In this document: piece by piece, positions 42,115 to 49,835 of the stretch | How the letters are laid out: each line of letters begins with the position of its first letter | Position numbering within the stretch: the first letter of the stretch is position 1 | Assembly (NCBI GenBank): GCA_964512185.1 | Contig: CAZEJJ010000003.1 | Location: 36,941-100,940 of the forward strand | Direction of reading: 5' to 3' | From: an uncultured Enterobacterales bacterium | GTDB taxonomy: Bacteria; Myxococcota_A; UBA796; JAFGLY01 | DNA: 64,000 nucleotides | Made by a program: the position numbers and the translations under genes | Notes under the pieces: model-generated | The model's input: the letters and a program-made list of their open reading frames with translations, nothing else | Told to the model about the DNA's origin: nothing | The model's database searches: none

Positions 42115-42246
42115 GGGCAGCGGCACGCTGCCCGTATGCAGTGGAGAAGCCAGGAAAATCACACTCTTCCTGGCTGGGGGCCGAGCCCCGGCCCCCCAGA
42201 AGATAGACAAGGGGCCGGTCAGGCAACTCTCAAGTTGCCTGACCGG
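42115..42246 (+). promoter_or_regulatory. structured 5' leader: four consecutive perfect stem-loops upstream of the DMGDH-like gene
   Basis: GGGCAGCG/CGCTGCCC (42115-33). AGCCAGGA/TCCTGGCT (42148-75). CTGGGGG/CCCCCAG (42174-99). CCGGTCAGGCAACT/AGTTGCCTGACCGG (42215-46), ending 8 nt before the GGGAGA SD. Confidence 0.3.
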
Positions 42247-42267
42247 TCCCGGTCGGGAGAGTTGGCC

Positions 42268-44688
42268 ATGAGCGAGCGGAGCGACAACTTCCCCACACAG
42301 GCACGGGCCATCATCGTCGGCGGCGGCATCGTCGGCTGCGCCACCGCGTACCACCTCGCCCGAGCCGGCTGGGGCGAGGTCTTGCTATTGGAACGCGGCG
42401 AACTGTCCTGCGGCAGCACCTTTCACGCCGCCGGACTGGTCGGCCAGCTGCGCTCGGATGCGTCCATCACCCGCCTCCTTGGCGAGTCCGTGGCGCTCTA
42501 CCGCGACATCGAGGCCGAGACCGGCCAGGCCACCGGCTGGCGCCAGTGCGGCGGCTTGCGCCTGGCCTGCACCGACGAACGCATGGCGGCCCTGAAGCGC
42601 CAGGCCACGACCGCGCGCAGCTTCGGCATGGAGATGCACCTGCTCAGCCCCCAGGAAGCGGGCAAGATGTGGCCGCTGATGCAGGTCGATGACGTGGTCG
42701 GCGCCGCCTTCCTGCCCACCGATGGCGCGGCCAGCCCCTCGGACATCACCCGCGCCCTGGCCCGGGGCGCCAAGATGCACGGCGCGCGCATCATCGAGAA
42801 CTGCCCGGTGACCGGCGTGGTCGTTGCCGACGGCCGTGTGGCCGCGGTCGATACCGACAAGGGGCGCATCCATTGCGAGGTCATGGTCAACGCCTGCGGC
42901 CAGTGGGCGCGCGCTTTTGGCCGCATGGCCGGAGTCGAGGTGCCGCTGATCAGCGTCGAGCACCAGTTCATGATCACCGAACCCATCGATGGCATCGAGC
43001 GCGACCTGCCGACCCTGCGCGATCCGGATCGGCTGACCTACTACAAAGAGGAGGTGGGCGGCCTGGTCATGGGCGGCTACGAGCCCAACCCCATCCCGTG
43101 GGCGGTGGATGGCATCCCGGACGGCTTCATCTACAAGCTCCTGCCGAGCAACTACGACCACTTCGAGCAGCTGGCCGAGCTGGCCATGGCGCGGGTGCCG
43201 GCCCTGCAGACAGCGGGCATTCGGCAGCTCATCAACGGCCCAGAGGCCTTCACGCCGGACGGCAACTTCATCCTGGGTGAGGCGCCGGAGGTGCAGAACT
43301 ACTTCGTGGCCGCCGGCTTCAACGCCTTCGGCATCGCCGCCGCCGGGGGCGCTGGCTGGGCGCTGGCGGCCTGGATCATGGGTGGCGAGCCGCCCTACGA
43401 CCTGTGGCCGGTGGACATCCGCCGCTTCGGACTGCCCCATCGCGACATCGGCTGGGTGCGCAATCGCACGCTGGAGCTCTACGGCAAGCACTACACCATC
43501 AGCTGGCCGCAGGAGGAGCACGAGAGCGCCCGTCCGCTGCGAAGATCGCCCCTGTACGAGCGCCTGAAGTCACGCGGGGCCTGCTTCGGCGAGAAGCTGG
43601 GCTGGGAACGACCCAACTGGTTTGCGCCCGATGGCGTCACCGCCCGCGACGAATACAGCTTCGAGCGGCCCAACTGGCATGAACACGTCGCCGCCGAACA
43701 CCTGGCCGTGCGGGAACACGTGGGCATCTTCGACCAGAGTTCGTTCGCCAAATTCCTGGTCGTGGGCAGAGACGCGGGTCGCGCCTTGAGCTGGATCTGC
43801 GCCAACCACGTCGACCGCGAGATCGGCCGCCTGGTCTATACCCAGCTGTGCAACAGCCGGGGCGGCATCGAGAGTGACCTGACCGTCGGTCGCCTGGGAC
43901 AGGACCGCTTCTACATCGTCACGGGCACGGGTTTCGCCACCCACGACCTGCACTGGATCGAGCGCAACATCCCGGTCGGGCTCGACGCCCAGGTGGTGGA
44001 CGTGACGTCTGCTTACGCGGTCATTTGCGTGCACGGCCCGCGCTCGCGCGAGCTGCTGCAGCCTCTCTGCGACAAAGATCTGGGCGCCGACGCCTTCCCC
44101 TTCGCCACCTTGCAGAACCTGACGATCGCCGGCGCGCCGGTGCGCGCGTTGAACGTCACCTACGTCGGCGAGCCAGGCTGGGAGCTGCACGTGCCGGTCG
44201 AGTTCGCGGTCGGGCTGTACGACGCCATCGTGGCCGCTGGCCCCGCGCACGGCCTGGTGGATGCGGGCTACCGGGCCATCGAGACCATGCGCCTGGAGAA
44301 GGGCTTCCGCGCCTGGGGCAAGGACCTCACACCGAGCGTGACGCCGCTGGAGGCAGGACTGGGTTGGGCGGTGAAGCTCAAGACCGACCTGGACTTCCTG
44401 GGCCGCGAGGCGCTCACGGCGCAGAAGGCCGCCGGTCTGAAGCGGCGCCTGGTACGCATCATCGTCGACGATCCCGACGTGGTCCTGTGGGGCCGCGAGA
44501 CCCTGTTGCGCGACGGCGAGCCGGTGGGTTGGCTCACCAGCGCCGGCCATGGCCATCGTGTGGGTGCGGGAGTTGGCTTGGGGCTGGTATCATGTCAGGC
44601 GGGCATCAACCGGAAGTGGCTACGCGGCGGGCGATGGTCGCTCGAGGTGGCCACCGAAGAGGTCGCGCTGCGCGACATCCGCTTCTGA
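42268..44688 (+). CDS. FAD-dependent oxidoreductase fused to GcvT-like folate-binding domain (dimethylglycine/sarcosine dehydrogenase family)
   Basis: 806 aa. Dinucleotide fold AIIVGGGIVGCATAYHLA. The C-terminal half is aminomethyltransferase-like (VGIFDQSSFAKFLVVG..., GYRAIETMRLEKGF). Confidence 0.8.
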   Translation: MSERSDNFPTQARAIIVGGGIVGCATAYHLARAGWGEVLLLERGELSCGSTFHAAGLVGQLRSDASITRLLGESVALYRDIEAETGQATGWRQCGGLRLACTDERMAALKRQATTARSFGMEMHLLSPQEAGKMWPLMQVDDVVGAAFLPTDGAASPSDITRALARGAKMHGARIIENCPVTGVVVADGRVAAVDTDKGRIHCEVMVNACGQWARAFGRMAGVEVPLISVEHQFMITEPIDGIERDLPTLRDPDRLTYYKEEVGGLVMGGYEPNPIPWAVDGIPDGFIYKLLPSNYDHFEQLAELAMARVPALQTAGIRQLINGPEAFTPDGNFILGEAPEVQNYFVAAGFNAFGIAAAGGAGWALAAWIMGGEPPYDLWPVDIRRFGLPHRDIGWVRNRTLELYGKHYTISWPQEEHESARPLRRSPLYERLKSRGACFGEKLGWERPNWFAPDGVTARDEYSFERPNWHEHVAAEHLAVREHVGIFDQSSFAKFLVVGRDAGRALSWICANHVDREIGRLVYTQLCNSRGGIESDLTVGRLGQDRFYIVTGTGFATHDLHWIERNIPVGLDAQVVDVTSAYAVICVHGPRSRELLQPLCDKDLGADAFPFATLQNLTIAGAPVRALNVTYVGEPGWELHVPVEFAVGLYDAIVAAGPAHGLVDAGYRAIETMRLEKGFRAWGKDLTPSVTPLEAGLGWAVKLKTDLDFLGREALTAQKAAGLKRRLVRIIVDDPDVVLWGRETLLRDGEPVGWLTSAGHGHRVGAGVGLGLVSCQAGINRKWLRGGRWSLEVATEEVALRDIRF

Positions 44689-44813
44689 GTCTCGATCCGT
44701 CTGACAGCCAAGGTCCCGTCACCGCCACCAAAAGCGACCGGGCGCCTTGTTCGCCCGGCGCCCCGGCACCAGCCTCTGGGGACAAACCCCACGCCAGGCA
44801 TCTGGAGCCCCCG

Positions 44814-45533
44814 TTGTCCCAACCCGATTCCCCATCCTCAGGTTCACACCGCCGGCTCGAGATCGCGGGCATCATCGTCTTCGCGCTGTTGACCTGTGGC
44901 TCCGTCTGGCGCCTGGCCGTGGCGTGGCCGGCGACCGCCGATGGCGCCGGTTGGGTGGTGGCAGGTGGCCTGCTGGCCGGCTGGCTGTTTGCAGACTTCT
45001 CGTCGGGTTTCGTGCACTGGGCGGCTGACAACTGGGGCGAAGAGCACTGGCCGCTGGTGGGGCCCGGCTTCGTGGCGCCCTTCCGCTACCACCACGTCGA
45101 CCCCAAGGACATCGCCCGGCACGACTTCGTGGAGACCAACGGCAACAACTGCATCATCTCGTTGTGGACCTTCTACTGGCCGATCACCCTGCCGGCAGTG
45201 CCTTCGTCCTGGTCGCTCTTCCTGGCCGTGTTCTGGCTGACCGTGGCGCTGGCGGTCCTGGCCACCAACCAGTTCCATGCCTGGGCCCACGCCGACCATG
45301 TGCCAAAGTGGGTGCGCGTGCTGCAGCAGTTGCGGCTGATCCTGCCGCCAGACCACCACGACCTGCACCACCGGGCGCCCCATGACCGCAACTACTGCAT
45401 CACCTGCGGCTGGTTGAACGAGCCGCTGCGCCTGCTGCGCTTCTTCGAGACGGTGGAGTGGTGCATGACCGCGGTGACCGGTCACCTGCCGCTGCATTCC
45501 AAGTCGGGGCAGGGCGGCCCGCGCGAGCCCTGA
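44814..45533 (+). CDS. carF: CarF / TMEM189(PEDS1)-family plasmanylethanolamine desaturase-like membrane protein
   Basis: His-box set HWAADN, FRYHHVDP, QFHAWAH, HHDLHH with flanking TM segments. There is no in-frame ATG after the DMGDH stop. Start candidates are TTG 44814, CTG 44802 and CTG 44685. Confidence 0.65.
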   Translation: MSQPDSPSSGSHRRLEIAGIIVFALLTCGSVWRLAVAWPATADGAGWVVAGGLLAGWLFADFSSGFVHWAADNWGEEHWPLVGPGFVAPFRYHHVDPKDIARHDFVETNGNNCIISLWTFYWPITLPAVPSSWSLFLAVFWLTVALAVLATNQFHAWAHADHVPKWVRVLQQLRLILPPDHHDLHHRAPHDRNYCITCGWLNEPLRLLRFFETVEWCMTAVTGHLPLHSKSGQGGPREP

Positions 45534-45626
45534 CAAGGTCGGCGCCTCGATGCGCCGTGGCCTGCGGCAGTGCGCCAACGGCAGGGGTGCCGCAATCGAC
45601 TCAAAGGAGAGGTGCCCCTGAACGGG

Positions 45627-46979
45627 TCACGGCTCATCGCTCTCGAGCAGCAGTTCGCTGGCCAGCGACTTCTTGTTCTTGGCGCCGAGCTTCTGCAGCT
45701 TCTCCACCTGGCCCACCAGGCCACCGCGGCCCGTCAGGCGACCCTTTGCGGTCTGCAGGCTGCCCTGGGCGCGGTCCAGGGCGACGCCGATTTGCAGCAA
45801 TGACTCGGTGAAGTTGGCGAACTTGTCGTACAAAAGACCGGCCCGGTCGGCGATGTCCTGGGCGTTGCGGGTCTGGTCCTCGTGCTTCCACATGTGGCGG
45901 ATGATGCGCAGCGCCAGCAGGAGCGTGGACGGGCTGACCACCATGATTCCGCGCGCCATGGCATCCATGAAGAGCTTCTCATCGGCCTTCAGGGCGGCCA
46001 GGTGGGCCGCTTCGAGCGGATTGAACATCAGCACCATGTCGAGCGAGCGCAGCTCCGGCAGCTGTTCGTAGGACTTGTCCGACAAGCCCTTGATGTGGCC
46101 CCGCACGGCCTGCACATGGGCGGCCAGCGCGGTGGCGGCTTCATCGTCACTTGCTGCGTTGGCGTAGCGCTCGTAATGCACCAGGGAGAGCTTCGAGTCG
46201 ATGACCACATCCTTGCCATCGGGCAGGTGAACCACAGCGTCGAGGAAGAACTGGTTGCCGTCCCGATCCTTCTGCGACGACTGGAGTTCATACTCCCGCC
46301 CGTCGGTCAGCCCCGAAGCACTCAGCACCGACTCGAGCAGGTACTCCCCCCAGTCGCCACGAGTCTTGGCCTCGCCCTTGAGCGCCCGCGTGAGATTGTC
46401 GGCCTCCGTGGAGAGTTGCTCGCTCTTTTCGTTGAGGCGTATGAGCTGTTCCTTGAGGCTCACGTTCTGCTTGATGCTGGCCTCGTGCACCGTGTCCACG
46501 CGCTCGCGGAATTCCTTGAGTTGGGTCTTCAGCGGGTTCAGCAGGTGCTCGAGTTGTTCCTTGCTCTGTTCCTTGAGCGCCTGGCCCTTCTTCTCCAGGA
46601 CCTCCTGGGCCAGGGCCACGAAGCGCTCGCGCATCTCGGCGTGGTCCTTCTTCAGATCCGCCAGGCGTTGCTCCGCCGCCAGCAGCTGGGCGTCTTTCGC
46701 CCTGGTCAGCCCCTCTTTCTCAGCGTCTGCCTGCTGTTGCAGGGCCCGAAACTCGATGTCCTTTGTTTGCGCAAGCGCCTGGATCTCCTGGTCCAGGAGA
46801 TCCACCCTTCGCTGCAACTCGACGTTGGCGAGCGATGTCTTCTGATGAGCGCTCAACTGCGCTTGCAGGCTCGCCGCACGGCCGCGCAGCACCGAGTCGG
46901 GCCCCCGACGCCACAGCCACATCAACAGCGCGCCCAAAGCGACCCCCAACGCCAGCCCGATCGCAAATTCACCAGACAT
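45627..46979 (-). CDS. rmuC: DNA recombination protein RmuC
   Basis: ATG 46979 with GGAGG 4 nt upstream. N-terminal TM, long coiled coil, and a C-terminal RmuC nuclease-like region (DAVVHLPDGKDVVIDSKLSL..., MFNPLEAA). Confidence 0.85.
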   Translation of the reverse strand: MSGEFAIGLALGVALGALLMWLWRRGPDSVLRGRAASLQAQLSAHQKTSLANVELQRRVDLLDQEIQALAQTKDIEFRALQQQADAEKEGLTRAKDAQLLAAEQRLADLKKDHAEMRERFVALAQEVLEKKGQALKEQSKEQLEHLLNPLKTQLKEFRERVDTVHEASIKQNVSLKEQLIRLNEKSEQLSTEADNLTRALKGEAKTRGDWGEYLLESVLSASGLTDGREYELQSSQKDRDGNQFFLDAVVHLPDGKDVVIDSKLSLVHYERYANAASDDEAATALAAHVQAVRGHIKGLSDKSYEQLPELRSLDMVLMFNPLEAAHLAALKADEKLFMDAMARGIMVVSPSTLLLALRIIRHMWKHEDQTRNAQDIADRAGLLYDKFANFTESLLQIGVALDRAQGSLQTAKGRLTGRGGLVGQVEKLQKLGAKNKKSLASELLLESDEP

Positions 46980-47080
46980 GGGACCTCCGTGGGCGAAAGG
47001 GTGCCACAGAATCATGCGCGGTGTCGGTCGATTCGGCTCTGGGAATCGTCAGCGCGGCGTCTGAGGGCGCCAGGCAGCCA

Positions 47081-48580
47081 TCAGGAAGTCGAGCAGGCGA
47101 CGAAGTGCTTCTGGCAGCTCTTGGCCGCGCAATTGTTGACGCACGCCTTGCCCTTGTTGCCGCACTTGTCGGCGCAGCCATCCCAGCATTGCACCGCGTT
47201 CAGCCAGGTGGTCGCGGCGGGTTTGCTGGCTTTTTCGATGCAGCCGAAGAGGCACTTGGCCTTGGTGGCCTCGCTGCCGCTGTTGCAGCCCTCGCTGCAG
47301 GTCACCAGCCCGGCGCAGCTGCCGGTGCCGGAGGGCGCCGCGCAGGTGAGCATCTCGTCCATGCAGCCGGTCGCCGGGCTCCAGACGGTGCAGGCGAGCA
47401 GGTCCACGAAGGCCGCGGCGCTGACGGTGGAGGCCTTGTGCATGCAGTCGAGGGCGCAACCGAAGCCGCTGGTATCCGACTTTCCCTTGCTGCACTGGTC
47501 AGTGCAGAGCCAGGTTGCGGCGCACTTGGCCTTGCCGGTGGGCTCGGCGCAGGCCAGGTAGGTCTGCTTGCACACGCCGCTGGCGGGTGTGGCGCCCTCG
47601 CCGCATTCGATGGTCTCCGCGACCAGTCCCTGGCCCTTGGGGCTGACGCCGGGCAGACAGAGGGTGGCGCACTCGGCGTCGCTCGCCCCGGCCTCCTTGC
47701 AGGGCCCCACACAGCTCCAGTAGTCCCCACAGGTGCCCTTGCCTTTGTCGGTGCCGGCGACGCAGGCATACCAGGGGTCGACGCACACCTTCTGCCAGCT
47801 CTTGCCCTGGTCATCGGCGTCGGCGATGCAGGAGGCCAGCGTGGCGAATGACAACTTGTTCGGCGCGTCCATGGAGGCGTGGCAGGTGGCCCAGCAACCG
47901 TAGGGATCGTCCTCTTCGAAGCTGCACTCCTTGTCGCCGCAGATGAACGCGTCGCCGCAGGTGCCGGCGCCCACCTTGCCATCATCGATGCAGTCCAGCA
48001 GCGGGCCCATGCAGCGCTCATGCACGCAGTCGTCGACGCAGGATTCGCCCTTGCCGGCGCACTTGCCCTGCACGCATTGGCCGTCGACGCAGGCGATGAG
48101 CGCGTTGAGCTCGACCTTGGCCTTGCCCTGGGTCTGGGACATGCAGCTGGCCACACAGGTGATGGGCGAGGACGCCTTGTGACAGGTATGCACGCAGTCC
48201 GCACCGGCATGACAGGTGGTGTTGGGGCCGCCCGTGGTGCCGGGACCGCCAGAGCCGGGGTCGCCGCTTCCACCAGCGTCGGCCTGGCCACCGTTGCCCG
48301 GGTCGCCACCGCCAGCGCCCGGGTCGCCGCCGCCGTTGCCCGCGTCGGGTTTGCCTGTCGCGCCAGGATCCGTGGCTCCTCCTGTGCCAGCATCTGGTTG
48401 AGCCGTGGCGCCGGCGTCGGCGGCGCTCGCCGAACCGCCATCCGCAGCCAGGCTGCCGCCGTCCACGCCGCCATCCACAGTGCCTACAACGCCCGTGCTG
48501 CCATCAGCCAAAGCGTCGGTGCCACAACCCGCCGCGAGCGCGGCTGCCATCCCAATACAAATCGAGGTGATCGTTCGCAT
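47081..48580 (-). CDS. cysteine-rich lipoprotein with four C-x3-C-(H/E)-K-A-S modules
   Basis: GGGAGGA SD. Lipobox AAALAAGC and an approximately 110-aa Gly/Asp/Ala linker. Modules start at CVHTCHKASSP, CWATCHASMDAP, CALDCMHKASTV and CLFGCIEKASKP. Confidence 0.6.
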   Translation of the reverse strand: MRTITSICIGMAAALAAGCGTDALADGSTGVVGTVDGGVDGGSLAADGGSASAADAGATAQPDAGTGGATDPGATGKPDAGNGGGDPGAGGGDPGNGGQADAGGSGDPGSGGPGTTGGPNTTCHAGADCVHTCHKASSPITCVASCMSQTQGKAKVELNALIACVDGQCVQGKCAGKGESCVDDCVHERCMGPLLDCIDDGKVGAGTCGDAFICGDKECSFEEDDPYGCWATCHASMDAPNKLSFATLASCIADADDQGKSWQKVCVDPWYACVAGTDKGKGTCGDYWSCVGPCKEAGASDAECATLCLPGVSPKGQGLVAETIECGEGATPASGVCKQTYLACAEPTGKAKCAATWLCTDQCSKGKSDTSGFGCALDCMHKASTVSAAAFVDLLACTVWSPATGCMDEMLTCAAPSGTGSCAGLVTCSEGCNSGSEATKAKCLFGCIEKASKPAATTWLNAVQCWDGCADKCGNKGKACVNNCAAKSCQKHFVACSTS

Positions 48581-48613
48581 GAAATCCTCCCGGCCATTCC
48601 GGCCCGCAGCCCA

Positions 48614-48629
48614 TGCAGAGCAAGCGCCA
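48614..48629 (-). promoter_or_regulatory. sigma-54-like promoter TGGCGC-N5-CTGCA
   Basis: Minus strand reads ATGGCGCTTGCTCTGCATGGG. GG/GC spacing is correct, with one mismatch in each element. The predicted TSS near 48603 gives a 23-nt leader containing the SD. Confidence 0.3.
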
Positions 48630-48778
48630 TGCCCTTTCGGCCACGTCGGAGAAATTCTCTTTATTATTGGTCTATTGAGGCGAGTGATTGGCGGCCTTCA
48701 GCGGACCTCCCACGGCTTGATGCACGCGTGCACCGCCGCCCCTGCACACCCCTGTCACATGTGCGGCGAGGCCCAACG

Positions 48779-49783
48779 CTATTGCCAGGAGCAAGCCCCC
48801 CAGCCACCCACCTTCTCCTGGCGGGCCTTCTGCTGCATCAGCACCGAGATCTGCTCGTGCGCGTTGCCCTTGGCGTAGGGGTAGAACACCGGCCCATATC
48901 CGAGCCGCACCAGCCGGGCGTTCAACTGCACCGCCTTGTTCCCAGTGGCCGCCTCCTTGAAGTAGACGTAGCGCAGCAACCGGTCGTACTGGTCCTTGTT
49001 CGGCTGGTTGGGATCCTTGACCAGGCAGACGATGCCGACCTTCTTCACGGTCTTGTAGGTGAAGCTGCTGGCGTCCTTGGCGTAGCAATCGGCGGTCTTG
49101 ATTTCGGGTGTATTGACGATCAGCAGGCGCACGATCTCGCCGTTGGTCAGCACCAATGTGTCGCCATCCTTGGTCTGCTTGACGCCATACCAGGCGCCCT
49201 GCAGGCCGCACTCCTTTTCGGTGGCGAAGATGTGGTCCAGGTTCGTGTCCGCCTGGCACACGCCGAGGTAGTCGGCACAACAACTGCCGGACTTGCCGCA
49301 ATCCCACCGACACTGGCAGGGCTTGCTGCTGTCGAATGGTTTGCCGCAGCGACCGATGCAGGAGTTGAGCTTGGGTTTGCAGAGCGCATCCCAGTCCTTG
49401 CAGCAGTTGCCGTACTTGGGACATTGATCGTTGCACTGACAGGGCAGCGAAGGGTTGTAGGCGGCCATGCACTTGCCCTGGCAGGACTGAGCGCCCCCGC
49501 CTGTATCCGGCACAGCGGCGTCCGGCTTGCCGGCGTCGACCGGGCCCGCATCTGGCTTGCTGGCGTCCGCCGCTACATCCTTTGCGCCAGTGTCGACCGC
49601 GCCCGCGTCCACCACACCGGCATCCGAGGTCGCGCCGCCGTCAGTGGGTGCCGCCGAATCCGCTCCGCCGTCGGTGTTGTAGGTGGGCGGCACGGTCCCG
49701 ACCCCACCGCCGTTGGTGCTGGCGCAGCCGATCAGCGACGCCAGGGCGAGCGCGGCATACAAGGGCAGGGCGCCATGGCGCAT
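48779..49783 (-). CDS. lipoprotein nuclease: 2 x somatomedin-B-like domains + staphylococcal (thermo)nuclease domain
   Basis: ATG 49783. Lipobox LASLIGC. SCQGKCMAAYNPSLPCQCNDQCPKYGNCCKDWDALCKP and SCIGRCGKPFDSSKPCQCRWDCGKSGSCCADYLGVC. SNase strings DGDTLVL, VRLLIVNTPE, YDRLLRYVY, NARLVRLGY. Confidence 0.7.
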   Translation of the reverse strand: MRHGALPLYAALALASLIGCASTNGGGVGTVPPTYNTDGGADSAAPTDGGATSDAGVVDAGAVDTGAKDVAADASKPDAGPVDAGKPDAAVPDTGGGAQSCQGKCMAAYNPSLPCQCNDQCPKYGNCCKDWDALCKPKLNSCIGRCGKPFDSSKPCQCRWDCGKSGSCCADYLGVCQADTNLDHIFATEKECGLQGAWYGVKQTKDGDTLVLTNGEIVRLLIVNTPEIKTADCYAKDASSFTYKTVKKVGIVCLVKDPNQPNKDQYDRLLRYVYFKEAATGNKAVQLNARLVRLGYGPVFYPYAKGNAHEQISVLMQQKARQEKVGGWGACSWQ

Positions 49784-49835
49784 GGGGGCACTCCAGTCGC
49801 GATCTTGAAAGCCGGCACGCGAGGCGGCAGCAAGC

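Noticed and set aside
44025-44813. 5' extension of the CarF ORF (502 aa in the ORF track).
   Set aside because: It overlaps the last 660 nt of the DMGDH-like gene in another frame and has a Arg/Gly/Ala-rich junk translation. CarF-family similarity begins only after about 44850.
46990-47006. TGGCAC upstream of rmuC as a sigma-54 promoter.
   Set aside because: The -12 element is mis-spaced (TGGCAC-CCTTTCGCC, no TTGC at N5), and it would place the TSS inside the SD/start region.
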